A stretch of 64,000 nt of DNA, from contig CASDTX010000035.1 in NCBI GenBank assembly GCA_949283695.1, forward strand, positions 11,296 through 75,295, given 5' to 3'. The translations under genes and the position numbers were made by a program. Of the stretch, positions 29,151-38,961 are shown piece by piece (the first letter of the stretch is position 1; each line of letters begins with the position of its first letter). Below the pieces are notes generated by a model that had not been told where the DNA came from, searched no databases, and worked only from the letters and a program-made list of their open reading frames with translations. Source of the DNA: an uncultured Eubacteriales bacterium (GTDB lineage: Bacteria > Bacillota > Clostridia > Lachnospirales > Lachnospiraceae).

Positions 29151-30263
29151 ATGGAAAAGAAAAACATGAGCTGGTTCCATTTTTTCATGCTGGCAGGAGC
29201 ACTTCTGGCATATCTGATTGGTTCGGGATTTGCGTCTGGACAGGAGACCATGCAGTATTTCTCAGGCTATGGCTATATGGGAATTGCTGTAGGTGTGATT
29301 AATTTCTGCATGATGTATTTTACTTACGTGGCTTACGCGTATGCCGGGCGCACCAGGGGACTTAAGAATCTGAAAGAAGTGGCTGTATTCTATGCAGGTC
29401 CATATGCGGGAAAGTTGTTTGAGATTTTTGCATGGGTGTTTGGCGCATGCTGCTACATCTTTATGTGTTCCGGCGGTGCTTCAACCTTCCATCAGCAGTG
29501 GGGGATCCCCATGTGGGTGGGCCTGATCATTATGGTAGGCGGCTCTGTACTGACTGCTGTGTTCGGACTGCAGAAGGTCGTGGATATCATCGGCTGGATC
29601 GGACCAGTGGTGGTATGTTTTACACTGATTATCGGACTGATTTCCGCATTTACCTTCTTCCCGCGGATCCCGGAAGGCATTGAACTGCTGGAAAGCGGCG
29701 CTGTGACGATCACCCGCAGTACGAATCACTGGCTGACAGCAGGTCTGGCATTCGGCGGATGTTCTCTGCTTCTGGTGTCCAACTTTGTCGCTACACTCGC
29801 ATATCAGAACAGAGAGTATAAGTTCGGCCGCTTTAAAGTAGTTCTCTTTATCGGTGCGTTCTTTATCTCTACTGTATCTGTACTGATGGGTATGAACCAT
29901 ATCGGAAACATTGAAGAATCTTCATCTGTTTCCATTCCGAACCTGGCGCTCGCGTCACACATTATAGGGCCGGTCGGCGCGCTGTTTGCTGTTGTTATCA
30001 TCCTGGCGATCTATTCCACGATCTGTCCTTCTCTTTGGAATTCGATCAGCTTCTTCTTTGATGATGATAAAAGCCCGAAGTATCGGACAGCTGTCATTGG
30101 TTTCGGAATCCTGACATACGTTATCTGTATGTTTGTGCCGTATGAGGACCTGCTGGGAGTGATTATGACATACTGCGGATATACAGGCGCAATCGTATTT
30201 GTGGTTATCGTGGCCAGGTATGTCATGGTCAGAGCAAACGATAAAAAGACAGAGGAGGTATAA
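29151..30263 (+). CDS. YkvI-like polytopic membrane protein (putative transporter)
   Basis: 'IGSGFASGQE..QYF' signature and about 10 hydrophobic segments. Confidence 0.75.
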   Translation: MEKKNMSWFHFFMLAGALLAYLIGSGFASGQETMQYFSGYGYMGIAVGVINFCMMYFTYVAYAYAGRTRGLKNLKEVAVFYAGPYAGKLFEIFAWVFGACCYIFMCSGGASTFHQQWGIPMWVGLIIMVGGSVLTAVFGLQKVVDIIGWIGPVVVCFTLIIGLISAFTFFPRIPEGIELLESGAVTITRSTNHWLTAGLAFGGCSLLLVSNFVATLAYQNREYKFGRFKVVLFIGAFFISTVSVLMGMNHIGNIEESSSVSIPNLALASHIIGPVGALFAVVIILAIYSTICPSLWNSISFFFDDDKSPKYRTAVIGFGILTYVICMFVPYEDLLGVIMTYCGYTGAIVFVVIVARYVMVRANDKKTEEV

Positions 30264-30265
30264 TC

Positions 30266-31477
30266 ATGTTTCGTCCAGTCGCACAGCTTCCGCTGGATTA
30301 CAGTGTATTCAAAGATAAAAAGTCCGTCTTCTCATGGGCACCGTCCGGAGCGATTCTGTTTGGAAACGGGGCGTCCGGGAGAACCGGAAGGGAACTTCGG
30401 AATCTGGGAGTGAAGAAAGCAACGCTTGTTACCGATCAGGGCCTGGTGAAATTCGGCATTGCGGGAAAAATTATCGCGTCTGTGGAGGAAGCCGGAATTG
30501 AGCTGAATGTGTATGATCAGTGTGAGCCGGACTCTTCGGTAGAGACTGTCAATAAGATCGCGGAGATGGGGAAAGATTCTGACGTTCTGATCGGGCTCGG
30601 AGGCGGAAGCTCGATGGATCCTGCCAAGGCAGCGGCAATCGTAATTACAAATGGAGGTGATATCAGGGATTATCAGGGATGTGATAAGTTTACGAAGGCG
30701 CCGCTGCCGATCGTGGCGATCCCGACTGCTGCCGGCACCGGAAGTGAATGTACGCCGTTCGCGGTGATTGCGGACCGTCAGAGAGAATGGAAGATGCCCA
30801 TCGGAGGAACCGGGATCATGCCGGCGCTTGCAGTGTGTGATCCTGAGCTGACGTATTCTCTGCCGCCTTCCGTTACAGCGGCGACCGGTATGGACGCGCT
30901 GACCCACGCGATTGAAGCTTATACGTCCCGCTGTACAGAACCGATTTCGGATGCACTGGCAAGCCAGGCGATTAAACTGATCGCACACGCGATCCGTCCG
31001 GCTGTGTTCCGCGGGGACAGTGATAAAGATGCGCGCTACGATATGATGATGGGCGCCATGCTGGCAGGATATGCCTTCACATCGGCAAGTCTGGGCATCT
31101 CACACTGTATGGCTCATCCCCTGGGGGCACTGTATCATGTACCCCACGGCGTTGCGAATGCGCTGTGCCTGCCGGTGGTTATGGAGTTTAATATGGGGGC
31201 ATGGCCGGAACGCTATGCAGAGATCGCCGGATTCTTCGGCAAGGATACGCATGGCATGTCTGTGCGGGAGGCTGCAAAGGCTGGCGTAGAATGTGTATAT
31301 GAACTGCTGGCAGATATGCCTGTGAAGCCGCTGGAGGCTTATGGGGTGACCGAGGAGAGTCTGGATCGTCTGGCCGATGATGCCATGCTGGGCGGAGACA
31401 GACCGAATAATGCCAGAATGACGGAGAAAGAAGATTTTATACGTCTTTACAGAAAGGTTATGACGTTAAAACGATAA
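30266..31477 (+). CDS. Iron-containing alcohol dehydrogenase
   Basis: 'LVTD', 'GLGGGSSMD', 'PTAAGTGSE', 'GMDALTHAIE', 'HCMAH', 'PHG'. Confidence 0.95.
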   Translation: MFRPVAQLPLDYSVFKDKKSVFSWAPSGAILFGNGASGRTGRELRNLGVKKATLVTDQGLVKFGIAGKIIASVEEAGIELNVYDQCEPDSSVETVNKIAEMGKDSDVLIGLGGGSSMDPAKAAAIVITNGGDIRDYQGCDKFTKAPLPIVAIPTAAGTGSECTPFAVIADRQREWKMPIGGTGIMPALAVCDPELTYSLPPSVTAATGMDALTHAIEAYTSRCTEPISDALASQAIKLIAHAIRPAVFRGDSDKDARYDMMMGAMLAGYAFTSASLGISHCMAHPLGALYHVPHGVANALCLPVVMEFNMGAWPERYAEIAGFFGKDTHGMSVREAAKAGVECVYELLADMPVKPLEAYGVTEESLDRLADDAMLGGDRPNNARMTEKEDFIRLYRKVMTLKR

Positions 31478-31568
31478 GAGAAGTCTGGAATGAAGACAGC
31501 AGCGGCATACAAGAGGCGTGCTGCCCTTGTATGCCGCTGCTGCGTTCCGGGAAGGAGCAGAAAAACGG

Positions 31569-32768
31569 ATGAAATATAATTTTGATGAAATTATAGACCG
31601 CAGGAATACGAACTGTATGAATACGGACGGGTTTCGGCAGTATATTTTTCACGCAGATCAGGATATGAAATTCCCGTTCGCGGATGAGGAATTTATCCGC
31701 ATGTGGATCGCAGACATGGAGTTCGCCACTCCGGACTGTATCATCCAGGCAATGAAAGAACGGCTGGACCGGCGGATCTTCGGCTACACCAGGATCTTCG
31801 GCGATGATTATTACCGCGCGTTTTCAGGATGGACGAAGAAGCTGTATGACTGGGAGTTCCCGAAAGAGAATCTGTATACTTCGCACGGTGTGATTCCTGC
31901 GCTGTACGAACTGACCGGCTATATCTGCGGACCGGAGGACAAGGTGCTGATGATGACGCCGTCGTATGCTTATTTTAAATATGCGGCAGAACACAATCAT
32001 GTTGCGTATGTGTGTTCCGATCTGGTGAATCCGCGGGGGGACGGATATTATGAAATCGATTTTGACGATTTCCGCAGGAAGGCGCAGGATCCTTCTGTGA
32101 AACTGTTTATCTTCTGCAATCCTCATAATCCGACGGGAAGACTCTGGTCGGAGGAAGAACTGCGGAAAACAGCGGAGATCTGCTTTGAGAACGGCGTGAT
32201 GATCCTGTCTGATGAAATCCACTGTGATCTCATCCGCACCGGACGGAAACATATCCCCCTGGCAAAACTGTATCCTGAGAGTGATCAGATCATTACCTGC
32301 ATGGCGCCGAGCAAGACGTTTAACACTGCGGGACTGCAGTTCTCCAATATCATCATTCCCAATGAAAACGTGCGCAGCCAATGGCTCAGATACCATAATT
32401 TCGATGAGAATCCGCTGTCACTTGCGGGCGCGCAGGCTGCCTACGAAAAAGGATATGACTGGATGACGGCGCTCCGGGAATACCTGGATGAGAACTTCCG
32501 CTTCACAAAGGCTTATTTAGAGGAACATCTGCCGGAAGCAGTCTTCCGCATTCCGGAGGCTACCTATTTAGGCTGGGTTGATGTGGGAGCTTATGTGGAC
32601 AAAGAGGTGAATCTTCCGCTTCTGTTTGCAGAAAAGGCAGGAGTTCTGCTGGAAGGCGGCAATATGTTTGTGCAGAATTCCGATACTTATATCCGGCTGA
32701 ACGTAGCCTGCCCGCGGGCGGTACTGGCCGAGGGACTGCGAAGAATCTGCCGTGTGCTGACAGAATAA
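31569..32768 (+). CDS. MalY/PatB family PLP-dependent C-S (cystathionine beta-) lyase
   Basis: 'MWIADMEF', 'IFGY', 'CNPHNPTGR', 'SDEIH', 'APSKTFN'. Confidence 0.92.
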   Translation: MKYNFDEIIDRRNTNCMNTDGFRQYIFHADQDMKFPFADEEFIRMWIADMEFATPDCIIQAMKERLDRRIFGYTRIFGDDYYRAFSGWTKKLYDWEFPKENLYTSHGVIPALYELTGYICGPEDKVLMMTPSYAYFKYAAEHNHVAYVCSDLVNPRGDGYYEIDFDDFRRKAQDPSVKLFIFCNPHNPTGRLWSEEELRKTAEICFENGVMILSDEIHCDLIRTGRKHIPLAKLYPESDQIITCMAPSKTFNTAGLQFSNIIIPNENVRSQWLRYHNFDENPLSLAGAQAAYEKGYDWMTALREYLDENFRFTKAYLEEHLPEAVFRIPEATYLGWVDVGAYVDKEVNLPLLFAEKAGVLLEGGNMFVQNSDTYIRLNVACPRAVLAEGLRRICRVLTE

Positions 32769-32957
32769 AATGTTACCTCTTTTTTGAAGGAGGCACTCCG
32801 ATGAAATTCAGATTTGATCAAAGGTCTGGATTGCATCAGGAATGCCTCTTTTGCTTGCAGTCAGTGGGGATGATATGCTATAGTGTGTCTGTTAAACGGG
32901 GAAATCGTGTGCCGCCGGAGAGCTGTGCACAGTGGAAAGATGAAGGAGAGGATCTGT

Positions 32958-34232
32958 ATGGAGAAGATCGGAGTCGGCCTTTTGGGGCTTGGAACAGTCG
33001 GTACAGGAGTCTATAAGCTGCTGGGAAAGCGTGCGGAGGTTATGGAGCATACCATCGGCGCACAGCTTGAGATCAGAAAGATCCTGGTACACAATATAAA
33101 TAAGAAGAGAGAGGGCGTAGATCCTTCTCTTCTGACAGCAGATTGGAGAGAAATCATAGAGGATGAAGAGATCCAGATCGTTGTAGAGGTGATGGGCGGT
33201 ATGGAGCCCGCCAGGACAATGATTCTGGAAGCTCTGAAAGCCGGGAAGAACGTAGTATCCGCAAATAAGGATCTGATTGCCGAGGACGGAAGGATTCTGC
33301 TGGATACTGCCCAGGAGAATGGGAAAGACTTTTTATTTGAGGCAGCGGTTGCAGGCGGGATTCCGATTATACGCCCGCTGAAGCAATGCCTTGCGGGAAA
33401 TGAGATCTCGGATGTGATGGGGATTGTCAACGGTACGACAAACTATATTCTCACCCGGATGTCTGAAGACGGAATGGAGTTTGAAGATGCCTTAAAGAAA
33501 GCCCAGGAACTGGGGTATGCAGAGGCAGATCCGACCGCAGACGTGGAGGGACTGGATGCCGCCCGCAAGGTGGCGATCATGGCTTCTATTGCCTTTCATT
33601 CCCGGGTGGTATTCTCGGATGTGCACACAGAAGGAATTACGAAGGTGACGGCGAGAGACATTGCCTATGCCAAGGAGTTCGATCGTGTTATCAAGCTGCT
33701 GGGCGTGGCGAGGAATACGGAGGACGGGATCGAAGTCGGCGTGTATCCTATGATGATTGCGAAAGACCACCCGCTGGCTTCCGTGCGGGATTCCTTCAAT
33801 GCGGTATTCCTTCATGGCGACGCGGTGGACGACGCTATGTTCTACGGACGCGGCGCAGGCGAGATGCCGACGGCAAGCGCTGTAGTCGGGGATGTGATCG
33901 ATGCGGCGCGGGATATCCGGAGCGGATGCACAGCCCGCATCAGCTGTACCTGCTATCGGGAACTTCCGATTAAGCCCTGGGGAGAAGTGCGGAACAAGTT
34001 CTTTATCCGCATGCAGGTGGTCAACCAGCCGGGCGTGCTGGCGTCCATCGCCAGAGTGTTCGGGGAGCACAAGGTCAGCATTGAGCGTGTGGTGCAGGAA
34101 CATGCGGATCCGGAGAGGGCGGAGCTGGTGATCGTGACCGAACAGGTGAAAGAGAAGTATATGGAACGTGCGCTGGGTGAGCTGCAGTCGATCAGCAGCA
34201 TCCATGAGATCAGCAGTGTGATCCGGGAATAG
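32958..34232 (+). CDS. hom: Homoserine dehydrogenase with ACT domain
   Basis: 'GLLGLGTVG', 'EAAVAGGIPII', 'GIVNGTTNYIL', 'GYAEADPTADVEG', ACT 'NQPGVLASI'. Confidence 0.96.
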   Translation: MEKIGVGLLGLGTVGTGVYKLLGKRAEVMEHTIGAQLEIRKILVHNINKKREGVDPSLLTADWREIIEDEEIQIVVEVMGGMEPARTMILEALKAGKNVVSANKDLIAEDGRILLDTAQENGKDFLFEAAVAGGIPIIRPLKQCLAGNEISDVMGIVNGTTNYILTRMSEDGMEFEDALKKAQELGYAEADPTADVEGLDAARKVAIMASIAFHSRVVFSDVHTEGITKVTARDIAYAKEFDRVIKLLGVARNTEDGIEVGVYPMMIAKDHPLASVRDSFNAVFLHGDAVDDAMFYGRGAGEMPTASAVVGDVIDAARDIRSGCTARISCTCYRELPIKPWGEVRNKFFIRMQVVNQPGVLASIARVFGEHKVSIERVVQEHADPERAELVIVTEQVKEKYMERALGELQSISSIHEISSVIRE

Positions 34233-34299
34233 GCGCAGCTGACAGAGCTGAGAACAGAGAAGAGAGAAGCAGGACATACAGAGACGGAGCAGGTGAAAG

Positions 34300-34737
34300 A
34301 TGGAACGGCGCGGCAGACCGATGGGGTTTCTGATCAAGCAGATCAATAATGTATTTGAAAAGGAATTAAATGAGAGGCTCAAAGATACCGGGATCACATC
34401 CTCCCAGTGCGCTGTGCTGGATTACCTTTTCCACACGAGCAAGGAGGAAGTAAGCCAGAGAGATGTGGAGCGGAATCTGAATCTTAAGAATCCTACCGTG
34501 ACCGGGATCTTGAAGCGTCTGGATGAGAAGGGATATATTCTCTGTGTTCCCAACGCGAAAGATAAGCGAAAGAAAAAGATCTATCTGACGGAGAAAGCGT
34601 ATGATATTCAGCGGCGGATGGAGGCGGACCGGCGCAGGCTTGACCGGGAACTGACCCGGGGCCTGTCCAAGCGGGAAGTGGAAGCACTGCGGAAGAATCT
34701 GGAGAAGCTGCTGAATAATCTTGCGGATCCGGGATAA
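34300..34737 (+). CDS. MarR family transcriptional regulator
   Basis: 'SQRDVE..LNLKNPTVTGILKRLDEKGYI...DKRKKKIYLT'. Confidence 0.92.
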   Translation: MERRGRPMGFLIKQINNVFEKELNERLKDTGITSSQCAVLDYLFHTSKEEVSQRDVERNLNLKNPTVTGILKRLDEKGYILCVPNAKDKRKKKIYLTEKAYDIQRRMEADRRRLDRELTRGLSKREVEALRKNLEKLLNNLADPG

Positions 34738-34772
34738 GAATTCATGGATGGACAGAAGAAGAGGAGGAAGAG

Positions 34773-35621
34773 ATGAGTTACGCGGACAGAGTATTTATAG
34801 ATATGTGCAGAGACATCCTGGAGAACGGAACCAGCACAGAGGGAGAAAAGGTACGTCCTGTGTGGGAAGACGGGACGTCTGCCTACACGATCAAAAGGTT
34901 TGGTGTGGTGAACCGGTACGATCTGTCAAAGGAATTCCCGGCGCTGACGCTTCGGCGGACAGCGATCAAGAGCTGTGTGGATGAGATGCTCTGGATCTGG
35001 CAGAAGAAGTCGAATAACGTGAATCAGTTAAAAAGCCATATCTGGGACAGCTGGGCCGACGAAGACGGATCCATAGGAAAGGCCTACGGCTACCAGATGG
35101 GGGTAAAACATCAGTATAAAGAAGGGATGATGGATCAGACGGACCGGGTGATCTATGATCTGAAACAGAATCCCTACAGCCGCCGGATCATGACCAACCT
35201 CTATGTGCATCAGGATCTTCATGAGATGAATCTCTACCCCTGCGCGTACAGCATGACCTTCAATGTGACGAAAGAAAAGAACAGTGAGGTGCTGACGCTG
35301 AACGGGATCCTGAATCAGCGGTCCCAGGACGTGCTGACGGCAAATAACTGGAACGTATGCCAGTATGCAGTGCTCCTGCATATGCTGGCTCAGGTGTGCG
35401 GCATGAAAGCCGGGGAGTTCGTGCATGTGATTGCAGATGCCCATATCTATGACAGGCATGTGCCTATGGTGGAAGAGCTGATCTCCAGAGAGCCGCTTCC
35501 GGCACCGGTGTTTCGGCTCAATCCGGACGTGAGGGACTTCTATGATTTCACGCCGGATGATGTAGAACTGGAACACTATGAGACGCATCCACAGATCAGA
35601 AATATCCCTGTGGCAGTGTAG
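34773..35621 (+). CDS. thyA: Thymidylate synthase
   Basis: 'IWDSWAD', 'PYSRRI', 'LYPCAY', 'QRSQD', 'DAHIYDRH'. Confidence 0.97.
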   Translation: MSYADRVFIDMCRDILENGTSTEGEKVRPVWEDGTSAYTIKRFGVVNRYDLSKEFPALTLRRTAIKSCVDEMLWIWQKKSNNVNQLKSHIWDSWADEDGSIGKAYGYQMGVKHQYKEGMMDQTDRVIYDLKQNPYSRRIMTNLYVHQDLHEMNLYPCAYSMTFNVTKEKNSEVLTLNGILNQRSQDVLTANNWNVCQYAVLLHMLAQVCGMKAGEFVHVIADAHIYDRHVPMVEELISREPLPAPVFRLNPDVRDFYDFTPDDVELEHYETHPQIRNIPVAV

Positions 35622-35648
35622 GCAGTATCTCTGTGGCAGTGCAGGCAG
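35603..35648 (+). repeat. 23-bp tandem duplication of the thyA 3' end
   Basis: TATCCCTGTGGCAGTGTAGGCAG / TATCTCTGTGGCAGTGCAGGCAG (2 mismatches). Confidence 0.8.
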
Positions 35649-35734
35649 TGCGGGAGGTGCTCTCCCGCAGTTCGCACGCAGACTGCCGCAGTCAGCAGGG
35701 AGCCGGTAAGGCAGGAAAGGAAGGAACGGATAGA

Positions 35735-36226
35735 ATGAAAGCAATACTCTCAGCAGACAGAAACTGGGGAATCGGATATAGAAACAAGCTGCTTGTCAGC
35801 ATTCCGTCTGATATGAAATTCTTCAGACAGACCACGACAGGTAAGGTTGTAGTCATGGGCAGGAAGACGCTGGAAAGCTTCCCCAACGGGCTTCCGCTGA
35901 AGAACCGGATCAATGTTGTGCTCACCGGAAATCCGGATTACGATGCGAAGGGCGCCGTCATTGTCCACACAGAAGAGGAACTGATGGAAGAGCTCGGGAA
36001 ATATGATACAGAAGATATCTACGTCATTGGAGGGGAGAGCGTCTACCGTATGATGCTGCCGCACTGCGATACGGTGTATGTGACGAAGATTGACCGCGCA
36101 TTTCAGGCGGATACCTTCTTCCCGAATCTGGACCAGATGGACGAGTGGGTGCTGGCAGAGGAAGGGGAAGAGCAGACCTGCTTTGACCTGGAGTTCCGGT
36201 TCACCCGGTATGAGCGGCGGTCATGA
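35735..36226 (+). CDS. folA: Dihydrofolate reductase
   Basis: 'WGIG..NKL..IPSDMKFF', 'VVMGRKTLES', 'PLKNRIN', 'VIGG', 'ADTFFP'. Confidence 0.96.
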   Translation: MKAILSADRNWGIGYRNKLLVSIPSDMKFFRQTTTGKVVVMGRKTLESFPNGLPLKNRINVVLTGNPDYDAKGAVIVHTEEELMEELGKYDTEDIYVIGGESVYRMMLPHCDTVYVTKIDRAFQADTFFPNLDQMDEWVLAEEGEEQTCFDLEFRFTRYERRS

Positions 36227-37299
36227 GGAAGAGGAGAAACCTCTCGGGAAATCGGTCCGGAAGCCGGATAATGTGCCGGTTTGCAGCCTTTCTGCTCTGC
36301 GCGGCCGTACTTCTGGCCGGGTGCAGTGCGTCCGGCAGAACGGACAGAGAGAGTGGCGTGTCCCAGGGTCAAGAAGCCGGAGATGACAGCCGGATCCGGG
36401 TGGTTACCACCATCTTTCCGCCTTATGATTTCGTGCGGGAGATCGCGGGCAGCAGTGTCGATTTGACCATGCTTTTAAAGCCCGGCGAAGAGACCCACTC
36501 CTATGAGCCCACACCCCAGGATATTATAGCCATCCAAAATAGTGATGTGTTTATTTACACAGGCGGAGAAAATGATGTCTGGGTAGAAGAGATCCTGAGT
36601 TCCATGCCGGACAGCGGCCGGCTGACACTGCGGCTTGTGGACTGTGTGGATACGGTGGAAGAGGAACATGTGGAAGGGATGAAGGGTGCTGCAGGGCATG
36701 AGCATGAAGAGGAGGAAGACTCTGGGCACGAAGACCACGGCGAGGAAGAAGTGTCCGTCCATGAGATTGACGAGCACGTATGGACGTCGCCTCTGAACGC
36801 GGCCCGGATTGCAGATGAGATCGCCGGGCTGCTTTCTCAGGCAGACCCTGCGAACTGCAGCCTGTATGAGGAAAATGCGGCCGGTTATGAAGAGAAGCTG
36901 AAAGCGCTGGATCAGGAGTTCCGGGAGATTGCAGGCCAGGCAGAGCGGCGGCTTGTGATCTTCGGGGACCGTTTTCCCTTCCGGTATTTTGCAGATGCAT
37001 ATGGACTGGATTATTATGCTGCGTTTCCGGGGTGCGCGGGAGACACAGAACCAAGCGCGGCAACCATGGCATTTCTGATCGAAAAGGTGAAAGAGGAGAA
37101 GGTGCCTGCCGTGCTGAAGATGGAACTGACCAATGCGGACATTGCCAACGCGATCGCGGAGGCGACCGGGACAGAAGTGAAAGTATTCTACAGCTGTCAC
37201 AACCTGTCGGCGGAGGATTTTGAACACGGAGAGACATACCTGACCATGATGGAGAAAAATGCGGAAACGCTGAAGGAGGTATTAGACGGATGGCACTGA
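36223..37299 (+). CDS. Zn/Mn ABC transporter substrate-binding lipoprotein (ZnuA/AdcA-like)
   Basis: Lipobox LAGC; 'ETHSYEPTPQD'; His/Glu-rich loop; 'DEHVWTSP'. Confidence 0.92.
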   Translation: MRKRRNLSGNRSGSRIMCRFAAFLLCAAVLLAGCSASGRTDRESGVSQGQEAGDDSRIRVVTTIFPPYDFVREIAGSSVDLTMLLKPGEETHSYEPTPQDIIAIQNSDVFIYTGGENDVWVEEILSSMPDSGRLTLRLVDCVDTVEEEHVEGMKGAAGHEHEEEEDSGHEDHGEEEVSVHEIDEHVWTSPLNAARIADEIAGLLSQADPANCSLYEENAAGYEEKLKALDQEFREIAGQAERRLVIFGDRFPFRYFADAYGLDYYAAFPGCAGDTEPSAATMAFLIEKVKEEKVPAVLKMELTNADIANAIAEATGTEVKVFYSCHNLSAEDFEHGETYLTMMEKNAETLKEVLDGWH

Positions 37300-38084
37300 T
37301 CAGATGCGAGGATGTTTCCATCGGATATGAGGGACAGACTGTAGTAAGAGACCTGAATTTTTCCATCGAGGCGGGAGACTATCTGTGCATTGTGGGGGAA
37401 AACGGATCGGGAAAGAGCACGCTTGTGAAAAGCCTGCTGGGGCTCAAAGGCGTGGAGAAGGGAAGAATCATCTATGGAGATGGGCTGCGCAAGAACGAGA
37501 TCGGTTATCTTCCCCAGCAGACAGAGGTGCAGAAAGATTTCCCGGCAAGCGTATATGAAGTGGTTCTCTCCGGCAGACTCAACAGCAGAGGGCTGAAGCC
37601 GTTCTATACCGGGACGGATAAGAAGCAGGCAGCGGAGAAGATGGAACTGCTGGGGATCCGGGATCTGGAGAATCAGTGCTTCCGGGATCTCTCCGGCGGA
37701 CAGAAACAGCGTGTGCTTCTGGCGCGTGCGCTGTGCGCGACCAGGACCATGCTTCTTCTGGACGAGCCGGTGACCGGCCTGGATCCGCTGGTGACTGCCG
37801 AGTTCTATCAGCTCATCCGGAGAATTAACCGGGAATCAGGCATTGCGGTGGTCATGGTTTCCCACGATATTGAGAGTGCGGTGGAAGATGCCACTCATAT
37901 TCTTCATCTGCAGGAGAAGATGCTGTTCTTCGGAACGGCCGATGCGTACCGGACGAGCCGGATCGGCCGTAAGTTCCTGAGTGGAGCAGCGGGACACGAA
38001 ATGGGAAAAACGGATCGGGACGCAGAGGATAACCGGCAGAACGACAAGAAGCAAAGCCGAAACGGAGGTGCAGGCAGTGTTTGA
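37290..38084 (+). CDS. Metal ABC transporter ATP-binding protein
   Basis: GENGSGKS, IGYLPQ, LSGGQ, LLDEP, VSHD. Confidence 0.93.
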   Translation: MALIRCEDVSIGYEGQTVVRDLNFSIEAGDYLCIVGENGSGKSTLVKSLLGLKGVEKGRIIYGDGLRKNEIGYLPQQTEVQKDFPASVYEVVLSGRLNSRGLKPFYTGTDKKQAAEKMELLGIRDLENQCFRDLSGGQKQRVLLARALCATRTMLLLDEPVTGLDPLVTAEFYQLIRRINRESGIAVVMVSHDIESAVEDATHILHLQEKMLFFGTADAYRTSRIGRKFLSGAAGHEMGKTDRDAEDNRQNDKKQSRNGGAGSV

Positions 38085-38901
38085 TACAATCGTCAGTATG
38101 TTTTCCTATCCTTTTATGGTACGGGCGCTGACTGTGGGGGCTTTGGTGGCACTTTGCTCCGCCCTGCTGGGGGTGAGCCTGGTGCTGAAGCGATTTTCCA
38201 TGATCGGCGACGGCCTGTCCCATGTGGGATTTGGCGCTCTTGCGATCGCGGCTGCTATGAATGTGGCGCCTCTGAGCGTGGCGATTCCTGTGGTGATGGC
38301 TGCCGCGGTCCTGCTCCTGCGGATCCGGGGAAACAGCCGGATTAAGGGAGATGCAGCGATTGCGCTGATCTCAACCAGCTCTCTGGCGGTGGGCGTGATG
38401 GTGATCTCCATGACTACGGGCATGAATACAGACGTATATAATTATATGTTCGGCAGTATTCTTGCCATGAGCGAAGAGGATGTACGCCTGAGTGTGATCC
38501 TGGCAGTGATTGTGCTGGTGCTGTATGCGTTTTTCTACAATAAAATCTTTGCTATAACATTCGATGAGACGTTCGCACGGGCCACCGGGGTGAGAGCGGA
38601 CCTCTATAATACGCTGATCGCCATCCTGACAGCAGTGACGATTGTGCTTGGAATGCGGATGATGGGAGCCCTTCTGATCTCCAGTCTGATTATATTCCCG
38701 GCGCTGACATCCATGAGAGTGTGCAGGACATTCCGGGGTGTGATTATCAACTCTGCCCTGGTCTCTGTGGTGTGCCTGGCAGTGGGAATCACCATGTCTT
38801 ATGTGTGGGCGACTCCGGCGGGAGCAAGCGTGGTGATGGTCAATATCGCGGCACTGATCTTATATTCACTGATTGGAGCCTTCCGGGGCACAGGACGTTA
38901 G
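38077..38901 (+). CDS. Metal ABC transporter permease (ZnuB-like)
   Basis: 'MIGDGLSHV', 'YMFGSIL', 'FDETFA'; GTG start after GGAGGTG. Confidence 0.92.
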   Translation: MFDTIVSMFSYPFMVRALTVGALVALCSALLGVSLVLKRFSMIGDGLSHVGFGALAIAAAMNVAPLSVAIPVVMAAAVLLLRIRGNSRIKGDAAIALISTSSLAVGVMVISMTTGMNTDVYNYMFGSILAMSEEDVRLSVILAVIVLVLYAFFYNKIFAITFDETFARATGVRADLYNTLIAILTAVTIVLGMRMMGALLISSLIIFPALTSMRVCRTFRGVIINSALVSVVCLAVGITMSYVWATPAGASVVMVNIAALILYSLIGAFRGTGR

Positions 38902-38961
38902 AAACGCAGTTCTGCCTCCCCCTGATGGCGGTGCTGCTTGAAAGCAGAAGCGGAGGAGTGT

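Noticed and set aside
23210-32800. tRNA-Gly as the integration site of the GRE locus
   Set aside because: No integrase and no duplicated tRNA 3' end (attR) was found by eye; adjacency alone is insufficient.
32775-32950. SAM/T-box element or 71-aa ORF (32801-33016) upstream of hom
   Set aside because: No riboswitch consensus; the AGGAGG is part of a long imperfect hairpin followed by T's (terminator-like) and then a plain promoter.
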